DNA of 64,000 nucleotides from Candidatus Poribacteria bacterium. GTDB taxonomy: Bacteria; Poribacteria; WGA-4E; WGA-3G. Location of the stretch: positions 3,520,001 to 3,584,000 of the forward strand of contig OZ243938.1 of NCBI GenBank assembly GCA_965214095.1, in the 5' to 3' direction. Position 1 is the first letter of the stretch. Every line of letters begins with the position of its first letter. Below the pieces are notes generated by a model, which did not search any database, was not told the origin of the DNA, and saw only the letters and a list, made by a program, of their open reading frames with translations. Positions 20,184 through 30,656 of this stretch are shown piece by piece. The translations under genes were made by a program, and so were the position numbers.

Positions 20184-21482
20184 ATGTTTGATTTTCCCGA
20201 TAGATGGCGACTTAGGTCTGTGGAGGAAAGCATGGAAGCAATTATTGACTATCGCGGTAAAACACCGCGCAAAACTCCCTCTGGCACTCCACTGATTACA
20301 GCAAAAATTGTAAAAAATGGTCAGATAATGCCTCCTACCGAATTCATTGCTTCCGAAGGTTATGATTCATGGATGAATCGGGGATTGCCAGAGTCCGGTG
20401 ATGTGGTCATGACGACTGAAGCACCCTTAGGGGAGATTGCACAGATTGATAATTGTAAAGTCGCTCTTGGTCAACGACTGATTACTTTGAGAGGCAAGCC
20501 AGATTTATTAAATAATACCTATCTTAAGTTTGCAATGCAGGCATCGTTTGTGCAAAACCAATTGGAGGCAAGATCTACAGGGACAACGGTGATGGGCATT
20601 TCTCAGCGCGAACTTAGAAAGGTTCAAATACCACTTCCATCTCTATCTGAACAACGCTGCATTGCAAACATCCTTGGCACACTTGACGACAAAATTGAAC
20701 TCAACCGCCAGATGAATGAAACACTGGAAGCAACAGCACGTGCAATTTTCAAATCATGGTTCGTGAACTTTGACCCCGTAAAGGCGAAGATGGAAGGACG
20801 CGAACCTGTATGCATTGATGCGGAAACTGCTGACTTATTTTCATCAGTGTTCCAAGATTCTCCGCTGGGAAAGATTCCGATAGGATGGACAGTTAGCACA
20901 ATTGATGATGATTTTTACCTTACAATGGGACAATCACCACCTGGATCCACGTACAACGAAGATGGAGATGGGATGCCATTCTATCAAGGACGAAAGGATT
21001 TCGGTTTTAGGTATCCAACGCGACGCGTTTATTGCACTGCACCAAAACGATTTGCTAAAAAAGGTGATACCTTGGTAAGTGTTCGTGCACCTGTGGGCGA
21101 TATAAATATGGTTGAGGAAAAGTGCAGTATAGGTCGCGGTGTGGCAGCAATAAGACATAAAAGCGGGAGTCGGTCTTATACCTACTACACCATGCAGTCT
21201 TTGCAGGAAATTTTTTCTCGTTACGAAGCGGAAGGAACGGTTTTTGGGGCAATTAATAAAACTGACTTCCAAACACTATCTCAGATTAGACCATCTGATA
21301 AAATTATCAAAGAATTTGAACGTCTCATTCATCCTTTGGATCAATCTATTGAGAATAACGAAAACGAATCCCGCACACTTTCCCAAATCCGAGATACACT
21401 GCTGCCAAGACTATTATCAGGAGAAATTCGCGTTGAGGATGCAGATGAAATGTTAGAGGTAAAAGATGGCAAACAATCCTAA
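20184..21482 (+). CDS. hsdS: Type I restriction-modification specificity subunit S
   Basis: Two TRDs, PLPSLSEQRCIA..LDDKIELN, LEATARAIFKSWFV, IRDTLLPRLLSGEI. Confidence 0.95.
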   Translation: MFDFPDRWRLRSVEESMEAIIDYRGKTPRKTPSGTPLITAKIVKNGQIMPPTEFIASEGYDSWMNRGLPESGDVVMTTEAPLGEIAQIDNCKVALGQRLITLRGKPDLLNNTYLKFAMQASFVQNQLEARSTGTTVMGISQRELRKVQIPLPSLSEQRCIANILGTLDDKIELNRQMNETLEATARAIFKSWFVNFDPVKAKMEGREPVCIDAETADLFSSVFQDSPLGKIPIGWTVSTIDDDFYLTMGQSPPGSTYNEDGDGMPFYQGRKDFGFRYPTRRVYCTAPKRFAKKGDTLVSVRAPVGDINMVEEKCSIGRGVAAIRHKSGSRSYTYYTMQSLQEIFSRYEAEGTVFGAINKTDFQTLSQIRPSDKIIKEFERLIHPLDQSIENNENESRTLSQIRDTLLPRLLSGEIRVEDADEMLEVKDGKQS

Positions 21483-22974
21483 AGTATTTATTTCATATTC
21501 CCATGACTCTCCCGAACATAAGCAGTGGGTGTCCGAACTTGCTGCACGACTGCGTCGCAATGGAATTGATGCAATGCTTGACCAGTGGGACCTTGGACTC
21601 GGAGATGATATAACACGATTCATGGAACGTAGCATTGTAGACGCTGATAGGGTGTTGGTTATATGCACAGACAAGTACGTGAGCAAGGCAAATGCTGCCG
21701 AGGGTGGTGTTGGCTATGAGCGGATGATTGTAAACGCGGAACTTGTTCAGAATTTAGGGACAGACAAATTTATTCCAATCATCCGTCAGGTATCAGGAAA
21801 AGAAAAAACACCCGTATTTTTAGGTACAAGAGTTTATGCTGACTTTAGAAATGACAGTCAATTTGACGCGGAATGTGAAAAATTAATTCGCGAACTTCAC
21901 GAAATGCCAATCATAGAGAAGCCTCCTTTGGGAAAAAACCCGTTCCCTTCTGTTGAATTAGATCCGCAACTGGTTGATATTCCGGAGCATGTTGAATCCG
22001 CATCTGAGGTTTATAAATTAGCTTCTAAACTTGTCCGGACAGGAGATGTGTTTGGATGGCGACAACTCATTAAACGGGTTCGACCAGGCATATTCGAATC
22101 TTTGGTGCAATGGAGGCAAAATGAATTAGATAGACAAAAACCAGAGAGCATAGAACAATTGGTTCAGGTTGTAGATAAGGCAGTTGAGATTATTTCACCC
22201 TTAATGGTTGTAGCGTTAGTAGGAGTTGAATCTGGTAGAGAGGAATTTCGAGATCAGAAGTCCTTACTTGATGACTTGTTAAACATTTCAGGATGGAATT
22301 CTTCCGGTTACACAACATGGGCAAATATTCCTGAAGCACTGGGATATATCTATCACAGTCTACACGGTGGCCTCAGCATGAGCACAAATCAACTGAATCT
22401 CTCCCTTAGCCTAGCACTAGCAAAAGTCCGCAAAACAGGATATAAAAGAGAATGCCTTCATATTTGGCGGGGAAAAAATCTTATAGGATGGATGGACTCA
22501 CTCGGTTCAAATTGTACAGAAGGTTGGAACTATATAACCAAAGCTTATGAAAGATGGGATTGGCTGTCTCTCATGTTTGGGAACGATTCAAAAGAATATC
22601 AGGCTTCATTGGTTGCCTATTACATGGCACTGAACGTCCATGAGTTAGCAGTAATAATCGCATCAGGTCAACAAGAAAAGTTAAGCAAAAGTTACGGCGT
22701 ATCTTACCCATTTGAGTTTGATGTTCCGTTGACTTTTATGACTGAAAACCAAGATGTTTTTCAGCGAGCACAGACTTTTTTACTTCGAAATTCAGAAGCA
22801 TTCACAGAACTATGGACAATATTAAATGTGACACATGAACAAATGCAGAATTCATGGAAAAAGTGGATTTATTTATTTGAAAGTTGGTTAGGGAATGTCT
22901 ATAAAAATACATCGATGTGGGATGTTTATCATTATAACATTGTCCATTATCAAAACTTTTTTCACAACCTATAA
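21466..22974 (+). CDS. TIR/SEFIR domain protein with unknown helical C-terminal domain
   Basis: KVFISYSHDSPEH, LDQWDL, FME, GGVGYE, KFIPIIR; overlaps the hsdS stop. Confidence 0.88.
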   Translation: MANNPKVFISYSHDSPEHKQWVSELAARLRRNGIDAMLDQWDLGLGDDITRFMERSIVDADRVLVICTDKYVSKANAAEGGVGYERMIVNAELVQNLGTDKFIPIIRQVSGKEKTPVFLGTRVYADFRNDSQFDAECEKLIRELHEMPIIEKPPLGKNPFPSVELDPQLVDIPEHVESASEVYKLASKLVRTGDVFGWRQLIKRVRPGIFESLVQWRQNELDRQKPESIEQLVQVVDKAVEIISPLMVVALVGVESGREEFRDQKSLLDDLLNISGWNSSGYTTWANIPEALGYIYHSLHGGLSMSTNQLNLSLSLALAKVRKTGYKRECLHIWRGKNLIGWMDSLGSNCTEGWNYITKAYERWDWLSLMFGNDSKEYQASLVAYYMALNVHELAVIIASGQQEKLSKSYGVSYPFEFDVPLTFMTENQDVFQRAQTFLLRNSEAFTELWTILNVTHEQMQNSWKKWIYLFESWLGNVYKNTSMWDVYHYNIVHYQNFFHNL

Positions 22975-23031
22975 CCTTATTTTTCGTTAGTCATATTTCT
23001 TGAACAATCTAAGAGAGTCTAAACAATCTCT

Positions 23032-23122
23032 TATACCAAATTAACGGAATTTATCTTTTCCAACGGTAGGTGCGGTTTCCTAACCGCACACTTAGCAAGA
23101 CGAATCACGTTAATTGGGTGTT
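23032..23122 (+). mobile_element. MITE-like element (family B) containing a GTAG-REP
   Basis: Imperfect IR TATACCAAATTAACG / CGTTAATTGGGTGT around GTAGGTGCGGTTTCCTAACCGCAC (23066-23089). Confidence 0.55.
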
Positions 23123-23162
23123 ATATCTGCTAAGAACATCTGACGAAGTTGTTCAGTTAAAT

Positions 23163-23352
23163 GAGGGGTGTGCATAAATATATTATGTGCCAACATTGGC
23201 AGCGTCTCTCATCAAGTATTTCTTTATATGTAATTGTCCCCTTTGTGGCAGCATAATCTATTGAGACGCTTTGATCTTGTGGACGGCACGCGGAGCGTGC
23301 CTACTACTTTTAAGACCATATTTGAGATTGATTTTCTTTATGCACACTCCTC
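23163..23352. mobile_element. 190-bp MITE (family C) with 16-bp TIRs and an 8-bp target-site duplication
   Basis: TIR GAGGGGTGTGCATAAA / TTTATGCACACTCCTC (1 mismatch); AGTTAAAT at 23155-23162 and 23353-23360; internal REP GGCACGCGGAGCGTGCCTAC. Confidence 0.88.
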
Positions 23353-23399
23353 AGTTAAATTTGTCTAAGTGGTGCATCTGATATACCAGAGATAAAAAG

Positions 23400-25070
23400 A
23401 TGACTAAAAATCATAAGGTTTTCATTTCATATTCTCACGATTCTCCAGAGCACAAACGGTGGGTATCCGAACTCGCTGCACAACTTCGGCGCAATGGTGT
23501 CAATACAATACTTGACCAGTGGAATCTTGATCTAAAAGATAATGCTACTCAATTCATGGAACAGAGCGTCAGGGGCTCCGATATGGTCTTAGTTGTTTGC
23601 ACGGATAGTTATGTGAGCAAAGCTAATGATGGCGAAAGTGGAGCTGGATACGAGTCTGTGATAGTGTCTGAAAAAATAGTTGCCGAATTCGGAATTAACA
23701 AATTCATTCCCATAATTCGCCAGACAGAATGGGAAGAAGAAACACCAGATTTCTTAAGAGACCGAGTTTCTATAGACTTTACGAATGACGAACTATTTGA
23801 TGCGAAATTTGAGGAGCTGCTGCATGAACGTCTCTTAGTCCCACCCGGACAAAGACCTGATGTCCCACACATTGAGTCATTACGTGTAAAAAACTACCGT
23901 GCACTACGAGATGTAGAATTAAAACAGCTTAAACCGCTAACTGTCTTTTTAGGTGCAAACGGTAGTGGGAAATCAACGTTTTTTGATGTGTTTGCGTTCC
24001 TATCTGAATGTTTCACAGTCGGTTTGCACCACGCTTGGAACAAAAGAGGTGGACTTAAAGAACTGAGGAGTCGTGGTTGTGATGGTCCAATTGAATTTGA
24101 GTTGAAATATCGTGAGAATCCAAAATCACCAATTATGACATACCATCTGTCTATCAATGAAGATGTAGAAGGTCCTTTTGTTGAAACTGAATGGCTGCAA
24201 TGGAGGATTGGTAGAGGTGGAAAACATGTGCGTTTTCTCAATTTTGAGCGTGGAACAGGGAGTGTTATCCCCGGTGAAAAACCGGATAAAACAGGAACTC
24301 CAATTCATGAACAACTTGATGATCCATCTACACTTGCTGTCAACATGTTTGGTCAATCTTCACAACACCCCCGCGTGGGGGCACTCCGCCGTTTTATTAC
24401 AGATTGGCACCTCTCGGACCTTTCAACCGATGCCACACGCCAGACCACTGACGATGGACCGCAAAAGCGGTTGTCCAAAACAGGGGACAATCTGCCCAAT
24501 GTTATCCAATATCTACAGGAAAGATACCCAGAACGTTTGGAGAAAATCATATCGCTACTATCGGATAGAGTACCACGTTTAGAGAGGGTCGACACAGAAT
24601 TAATGATGGATGGAAGACGTTTGCTGAAAATTAAAGATGCTCCTTTTGAACAACCTATCTTGGCAAAGTTCGCCTCCGATGGCACATTGAAGCTGCTATC
24701 TTACCTAATCCTATTTCATGATAGACAACCGCCGCAACTAATCGGTATCGAGGAACCTGAGAATTACTTACATCCGCGTTTACTTATAGGACTGGTAGAC
24801 ACGTGTCGTATAGCATGCATCACGTCTCAACTTATGATTACGACGCATTCACCACGTTTTGTTAACGAACTCTATACCGATGAAGTATGGGTACTCTATC
24901 GGGATGAACAAGGTTTCACAGTGTGTAAACGCGCGTCGGAGATGCAGGGAATAGAGCAGCTTTTGGATGCTGGCGCGAAATTAGGAAAACTCTGGATGGA
25001 AGGTTACTTTGAATTTGGTGATCCGTTGACCAATGCAGGAGGTCCAAAGCGAAATCTGCATGCACATTAA
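23400..25070 (+). CDS. TIR/SEFIR domain fused to an ABC-type (AAA_21/AAA_15-like) ATPase
   Basis: N-terminal KVFISYSHDSPEH...GAGYE; Walker A GANGSGKST, signature ASDGT, Walker B IGIEEPENYLHP, H-loop TTHSP. Confidence 0.88.
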   Translation: MTKNHKVFISYSHDSPEHKRWVSELAAQLRRNGVNTILDQWNLDLKDNATQFMEQSVRGSDMVLVVCTDSYVSKANDGESGAGYESVIVSEKIVAEFGINKFIPIIRQTEWEEETPDFLRDRVSIDFTNDELFDAKFEELLHERLLVPPGQRPDVPHIESLRVKNYRALRDVELKQLKPLTVFLGANGSGKSTFFDVFAFLSECFTVGLHHAWNKRGGLKELRSRGCDGPIEFELKYRENPKSPIMTYHLSINEDVEGPFVETEWLQWRIGRGGKHVRFLNFERGTGSVIPGEKPDKTGTPIHEQLDDPSTLAVNMFGQSSQHPRVGALRRFITDWHLSDLSTDATRQTTDDGPQKRLSKTGDNLPNVIQYLQERYPERLEKIISLLSDRVPRLERVDTELMMDGRRLLKIKDAPFEQPILAKFASDGTLKLLSYLILFHDRQPPQLIGIEEPENYLHPRLLIGLVDTCRIACITSQLMITTHSPRFVNELYTDEVWVLYRDEQGFTVCKRASEMQGIEQLLDAGAKLGKLWMEGYFEFGDPLTNAGGPKRNLHAH

Positions 25071-25683
25071 ATTCTTCTTAGAGGAGCCTTCTGCTGAGGT
25101 AGCATTAAAGCACATCTTGCCCAAGATTCTTTCACCAGATGTCATTTGTATCTTCCATGCATTTGAAGGAAAGGATGATATGCTCAAAGAATTGCCAAAG
25201 TTTATGAAAGGACACCAATGGATACCTAACGACTGGCGACTTATCGTGTTACTTGATGAAGACCGAAGAGACTGCCACGAACTCAAGGAATATTTAGAAA
25301 AAGCAGCACACGATGCGGGTTTTGTAACAAAATCCAGTGCTGCTCCAGACGAAGATGTTCAAGTTGTCAATCGACTGGCAGTTGAAGAATTAGAAGCATG
25401 GTTTTTTGGAGATGTTGAAGCTTTACATGCAGCTTATCCCAGAATCTCGAAAAATCTCCAAGCTCAAGCGAAATATCGGGACCCCGATGCAATTGGGGGA
25501 GGCACCTATGAGGCTTTAGAACATCTACTGAAACAAGCGCGCTATTATAAGGGTTATCTACCTAAACGTGAGGTGGCTCAGAATATTGCACAACACATGG
25601 AACCGAGTCGGAACACATCCAAAAGTTTTCAGGTGTTTGTTGAAGGGCTTAAAGCATGCGTCCGAGAGAAATCGTTGGTGTAA
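25060..25683 (+). CDS. DUF4276-like (TOPRIM/RloB-like) putative nuclease
   Basis: FFLEEPSAE, LLDEDRRDC, VEELEAWFFGD, NTSKSFQVF; ATG at 25060 overlaps the ATPase 3' end. Confidence 0.8.
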   Translation: MHIKFFLEEPSAEVALKHILPKILSPDVICIFHAFEGKDDMLKELPKFMKGHQWIPNDWRLIVLLDEDRRDCHELKEYLEKAAHDAGFVTKSSAAPDEDVQVVNRLAVEELEAWFFGDVEALHAAYPRISKNLQAQAKYRDPDAIGGGTYEALEHLLKQARYYKGYLPKREVAQNIAQHMEPSRNTSKSFQVFVEGLKACVREKSLV

Positions 25684-25701
25684 CTCGGTTAGGACAATAA
25701 C

Positions 25702-28700
25702 ATGAATCTCAATACAATTTACGAATCTGACATTGAAGAAGCGACACTTGATTGGCTTGCTGACTTGGATTATACTGTTTTACACGGTCCTAACATCGCA
25801 CCAGACGTACCGAATGCTGAACGTTCTACTTACAAAGAAGTCATTTTGACGAACCGCCTACGAGAGGTCATTGCTCGCCTAAATCCAACAATTCCTGTCA
25901 ATGCACAGCAAGAAGCGTTCCGCAAAGTGTTTAATCCAGATTCTCCCGCTTTAGTACAGAACAACCGATCATTTCATCAGATGCTTGTCGGCGGTATAGA
26001 GGTTGAATATCGGACATCAGACGGGACGATACGCGGTGATCGCGTGCGGTTAATTGATTTTGATTCCCCAGAAAACAATGATTGGCTTGCAGTTAACCAG
26101 TTTACAGTAGTAGGAACAAGCAAATGTCGTCCAGACGTTGTGTTATTTATCAATGGCCTTCCATTAGCTGTCATAGAACTCAAAAACCCAACTGATGAAA
26201 AAGCCACTATCTTAACCGCGTATCATCAAATTCAGACTTATAAACAGGAAATATCAGCATTGTTCACTTACAACGAAGCGGTTGTTATCTCTGATGGATT
26301 AGAGGCGCGCATCGGGTCTTTAACAGCTGACATGGAGTGGTTTCTGCCGTGGCGCACAATTAAGGGAGAAGACGAAGCACCATCTACTGAATTAGAGTTA
26401 GAAATATTGATTAAAGGTGTTTTTGAAAAAAGTCGTTTTTTGAGTTATCTTAAGCATTTTATCGTTTTTGAAGAAACAGAGAGCGGAGCAATTGCCAAAA
26501 AGATTGCTGGGTATCACCAATTCCATGCTGTTCAAACAGCAGTAGAAGCAACACTAAAGGCATCAGGTGATGAGGGAGATCAACAGTGCGGTGTCGTTTG
26601 GCATACGCAAGGTTCCGGTAAGAGTTTGACGATGGCTTTTTACGCGGGCAGCATTATTCAACATCCGCAGATGGAAAACCCAACCCTTGTCGTCATCACT
26701 GATACAAACGACTTAGATGATCAACTCTTTGGAACATTTGCACGTTGCCACCAACTGCTGCGACAGACACCAGAACAAGCAGAAAATAGACGACACTTGC
26801 GTGAACTCCTTAAAGTTGCCTCTGGCGGCGTAGTCTTTACGACGGTTCAGAAGTTTTTCCCAGAAGGTGAGGAGACTCGTTTCCCGCAACTGTCTGACCG
26901 ACGAAATATCGTGGTAATTGCAGACGAAGCACACCGTAGCCAGTACGGCTTTATTGATGGGTTTGCCGCTCACATGCGCGATGCACTTCCGAGTGCCTCT
27001 TTTATCGGTTTTACCGGAACACCCATTGAACTCACTGATCGCAATACAGTTGCTGTCTTTGGAGAATACATAAGCACGTATGATATCCAACAAGCAGTTG
27101 ATGATGGAGCAACCGTGCCAATTTACTACGAGAGCCGTCTTGCAAAAATTGAACTTGACGAAGACGAAAAACCGCACATTGATCCCGAATTTGAGGAACT
27201 GACCGAGACAGAAGAGGTAACGGAAAAAGAAAAACTGAAAACTAAATGGGCGCAGCTTGAGGCATTGGTTGGGACAGAAAAACGCTTAAGACTCATCGCA
27301 GATGATATAATTGAACACTTTGGAGAACGGTTAGAAACGATAGATGGTAAAGGTATGATTGTCTGTATGAGTCGTCGTATCTGCGTTGACCTATACAATG
27401 CAATTATTCATCGATGTCCAGAATGGGACAACGATGATGATAAGGATGGCGAGATAAAAGTTGTGATGACAGGATCAGCTTCTGATGACACATCATGGCA
27501 ACCACATATCCGCAATAAAACACGACGAGAGGCATTGGCAACTCGATTTAAAAATCCCAAGGATCCGTTTAAACTTGTCATTGTCCGTGATATGTGGTTG
27601 ACCGGATTTGATGCACCAAGTCTTCACACGATGTATGTAGACAAACCGATGCGTGGACATGGACTGATGCAAGCAATTGCCCGTGTTAATCGTGTGTATG
27701 GTGATAAACCGGGCGGTTTGATAGTAGACTACATCGGTCTTGCTTACCATCTGAAACAAGCTCTAAACAATTACACAAAAAGTGGTGGAAAAGGAAAGGC
27801 TACTCTTGACAAAAATGAGGCAGTTGTGGTTATGATGGAAAAATACGAAATCTGCTGTAATTTGTTTCATGGGTTCGACTGGTCGTTGTGGACTACAGGG
27901 AACGCTGCAGATCAACTAAAATTGTTACCCGCAGCACAAGAACATATCCTGCAACAGAAGAATGGGAAAGAGCGTTTGCTTGAAAATGTGTCAGCACTAA
28001 CCAAGGCATTTGCCCTGGCTGTTCCAGATGAAAAAACAACCGAAATACGGGACGATGTCTCCTTTTTTCAAGCAGTGAGAAAGGTTTTAGCTAAACCATC
28101 AGCTACAGAAGAAGCACAGTGGGATGCCGCCGACCAAGCAATTAAACAGTTGGTTTCCAAAGCTGTTATTCCAGAAGGTGTAGTTGATATTTTCGCCACC
28201 GCTGGACTGGAAAAGCCTGATATCTCCATCCTCTCCGATGAATTCCTTGCAGAAGTGCAAGACCTTCCCCACAAAAACGTGGCAGTTGAACTCTTGGAAA
28301 AACTCCTTAGTGGTGAAATCAAAACGCGTTCACAGAAAAACGTTGTCCAAAGTCGTTCTTTTGCAGAAATGCTGGAACGATCAATCCGTTCCTACCAGAA
28401 CCGAACAGTTGAAGCGGCACAAGTAATTGAAGAACTTATTGAAATCGCAGGAGTGATGCGTCAAGCACAAGACCGAGGCGAGGAATTAGGATTGTCAGAA
28501 GAGGAATTAGCCTTTTATGATGCACTTGAAACTAACGACAGTGCAGTTCAAGTACTCGGTGATGAAAAACTACGTTCCATCGCTATTGAACTTGTAGATA
28601 CCGTTCGGAAAAGTGTGACTATTGACTGGACAATAAAAGAGAGTGTACGAGCAAATATACGTAGGTTGGTGAAGCGGACTCTTCGCAGACACGGTTATCC

Positions 28701-28776
28701 ACCTGATAAACAGGAAAAAGCTGCACAAACTGTTTTGGAACAAGCAGAAGTATTGTGTAAAGACTGGGAGATATAG
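25702..28776 (+). CDS. hsdR: Type I restriction endonuclease subunit R
   Basis: [66 protein letters not shown]. Confidence 0.97.
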   Translation: MNLNTIYESDIEEATLDWLADLDYTVLHGPNIAPDVPNAERSTYKEVILTNRLREVIARLNPTIPVNAQQEAFRKVFNPDSPALVQNNRSFHQMLVGGIEVEYRTSDGTIRGDRVRLIDFDSPENNDWLAVNQFTVVGTSKCRPDVVLFINGLPLAVIELKNPTDEKATILTAYHQIQTYKQEISALFTYNEAVVISDGLEARIGSLTADMEWFLPWRTIKGEDEAPSTELELEILIKGVFEKSRFLSYLKHFIVFEETESGAIAKKIAGYHQFHAVQTAVEATLKASGDEGDQQCGVVWHTQGSGKSLTMAFYAGSIIQHPQMENPTLVVITDTNDLDDQLFGTFARCHQLLRQTPEQAENRRHLRELLKVASGGVVFTTVQKFFPEGEETRFPQLSDRRNIVVIADEAHRSQYGFIDGFAAHMRDALPSASFIGFTGTPIELTDRNTVAVFGEYISTYDIQQAVDDGATVPIYYESRLAKIELDEDEKPHIDPEFEELTETEEVTEKEKLKTKWAQLEALVGTEKRLRLIADDIIEHFGERLETIDGKGMIVCMSRRICVDLYNAIIHRCPEWDNDDDKDGEIKVVMTGSASDDTSWQPHIRNKTRREALATRFKNPKDPFKLVIVRDMWLTGFDAPSLHTMYVDKPMRGHGLMQAIARVNRVYGDKPGGLIVDYIGLAYHLKQALNNYTKSGGKGKATLDKNEAVVVMMEKYEICCNLFHGFDWSLWTTGNAADQLKLLPAAQEHILQQKNGKERLLENVSALTKAFALAVPDEKTTEIRDDVSFFQAVRKVLAKPSATEEAQWDAADQAIKQLVSKAVIPEGVVDIFATAGLEKPDISILSDEFLAEVQDLPHKNVAVELLEKLLSGEIKTRSQKNVVQSRSFAEMLERSIRSYQNRTVEAAQVIEELIEIAGVMRQAQDRGEELGLSEEELAFYDALETNDSAVQVLGDEKLRSIAIELVDTVRKSVTIDWTIKESVRANIRRLVKRTLRRHGYPPDKQEKAAQTVLEQAEVLCKDWEI

Positions 28777-28922
28777 TAGTTGGAATACGAATTCAATTTG
28801 TTAAATTTGTGTCCGTAAAATCTATCTTTGCACACATTTGTTTGTCAACAGGATGAGGCGAGGTTAGGAAACCTCGCCTACCGTTGATAGAAAGTGTAGA
28901 TATAATTCTATGCTTCACCATA
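28772..28922 (-). mobile_element. MITE family A variant overlapping the hsdR stop codon
   Basis: Begins TATAGTAGTT (contains the hsdR TAG), ends CTTCACCATA; REP GGCGAGGTTAGGAAACCTCGCCTAC; 3' part shared with 14332-14394. Confidence 0.6.
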
Positions 28923-28929
28923 ATTGGTA

Positions 28930-29000
28930 AAATTGGTAATTTTTTGATCGGAAAAACCCAGTCACAGACAAGATTCGTGTCCGGAAAAGATTACCAATTT
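28930..29000. repeat. Short element bounded by an imperfect inverted repeat
   Basis: AAATTGGTAATTTTTTGATCGGA ... TCCGGAAAAGATTACCAATTT. Confidence 0.5.
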
Positions 29001-29134
29001 CCTGAAAGTATCAACTAGAATATGAACAGTTGTGAAAATAACCAAACTGTCACGTAACTAGCATAAGTCGTCATTTTAGTATTATTTTCTATTGATTGAT
29101 AAACAACACTGCAACACCTTCCGTGGAGATAAAC

Positions 29135-30412
29135 ATGAATTTCAGTGATGAAGAAATTAAACGCCAAATGCGTTTAGGTGAAGACAGCCACTGGGAATTC
29201 AAGGAAATTGTGTTTTCTGAAAACAAACCCAAGAGTCCCGGCCGTGCCGATCTTGCAGACGAACTCGCTGCATTTGCAAATGCAGATGGTGGTGTAGTTC
29301 TATGTGGTGTGACCGATAATGGTGATGTTCAAGGCATGTCCCGCGAACAGATGGACAGATTGGAGATGCTCCTAGTTGAGATTTGCACTGATACTATTAA
29401 ACCCTCAATTCGTCCTACTATATTCCGAAAAGAAATTGAAGAAGGCAAACCTTTCCTCCTCATAGAAGTACCACAGGGATTTGCATTACACAATAGTCCG
29501 GGTGGCAGCTTTCACCGAGTTGGTAGTTCAAAACGCAAAATGACAACCGATGAACAATTGCGGCTTGCTCAACTGTGTTCTCAGGCACGTTTCGTCTGGT
29601 TCGACAAGCAACCCGTACCAGGAACAGGTTTCGGTTCATTGGATGAATCACTGTGGAAACCATTGCTCAGTGCCGAAGGTGCTACCGATCCTGAATTAGC
29701 ATTGGAGAAAATGGGGCTCCTTACGCACGATGAAAATGGCGTATTACGTGCAACCGTTTCAGGTGTATTATTGTGTACCCTTTCACCAGAAGAATGGTTA
29801 CCCAATGCCTATATTACTGCAACTTGTTATAGGGGAGAAGACCGTGCTTCTGGACAAATTGATAGCCAAACTATTACGGGACCACTTAACAAACAAATTG
29901 GTGAAGCAGTTGCCTTTGTAGTCCGTAACATGCGCGTCGGAGCATATAAGAATCCTGCCCGAACCGACCTGCCTCAATATAGCGAAAAAGCACTCTTTGA
30001 AGCAATTGTCAACGCCGTTGTACATAGAGACTACGCAATACATGGCAGCAAAATTCGGATTTCAATGTTTGCAGACCGTATCGAAATAAATTCACCTGGA
30101 GGGTTACCTAACAATCTAACGATTAATAGTATGGAAGTCCGACAATCAACTCGCAACGAAGCTCTTACTTCAATACTCGGAAGAATGCCCGTTGCGAAGA
30201 TACATGGTTCAGGTGACCGACAATTCTTCATGGAAAGACGTGGAGAGGGCGTACCAATTATTATACGAGATACGGAAGAGTTATGTGGTAAACAGCCAAA
30301 GTATAAACTCATTGATAATTCAGAACTTGTTCTTACAATTCCAGCAGCCAAGACAGATTCCTCACCCGCAGCCCGTTCATTTCCTTCCAGGGGAGGATTT
30401 ACACCTTACTGA
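29135..30412 (+). CDS. Schlafen/AlbA_2 domain plus HATPase_c_4 (RecG C-terminal-like) protein, apparently lacking a C-terminal HTH
   Basis: GEDSHWEFKE, AAFANADGG, GVTDNG; ALFEAIVNAVVHRDY, DRIEINSPGGL, MERRGEG. Confidence 0.85.
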   Translation: MNFSDEEIKRQMRLGEDSHWEFKEIVFSENKPKSPGRADLADELAAFANADGGVVLCGVTDNGDVQGMSREQMDRLEMLLVEICTDTIKPSIRPTIFRKEIEEGKPFLLIEVPQGFALHNSPGGSFHRVGSSKRKMTTDEQLRLAQLCSQARFVWFDKQPVPGTGFGSLDESLWKPLLSAEGATDPELALEKMGLLTHDENGVLRATVSGVLLCTLSPEEWLPNAYITATCYRGEDRASGQIDSQTITGPLNKQIGEAVAFVVRNMRVGAYKNPARTDLPQYSEKALFEAIVNAVVHRDYAIHGSKIRISMFADRIEINSPGGLPNNLTINSMEVRQSTRNEALTSILGRMPVAKIHGSGDRQFFMERRGEGVPIIIRDTEELCGKQPKYKLIDNSELVLTIPAAKTDSSPAARSFPSRGGFTPY

Positions 30413-30571
30413 TGCTAACGGAATCGAATTAATAGTACGTATTATTGCTATTGTCGGTAATTCGGCATTATTGGAATATTGTCCTGATACAAATGAGCGC
30501 AGCGATTGACTTAAATCACCTTGTTGACATTAATTTGATATATACATTTTGAAACATGAATTCATTCATCC

Positions 30572-30600
30572 TTGACAAAATCAATTGAATGCGTTACACT
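30572..30600 (+). promoter_or_regulatory. Sigma70-type promoter upstream of the STAS gene
   Basis: TTGACA-N17-TACACT. Confidence 0.6.
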
Positions 30601-30656
30601 AAACACAGTTTAAACTATTTCCGCATATATAAGCGGAAAAACTATGAGGGAGAAAT

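Noticed and set aside
18288-30412. Defence island as an integrative element or prophage
   Set aside because: No integrase, tRNA target, att repeats or phage structural genes seen
30192-30509. 105-aa ORF overlapping the AlbA_2 gene end as a frameshifted continuation
   Set aside because: The translated tail shows no recognisable HTH or other domain
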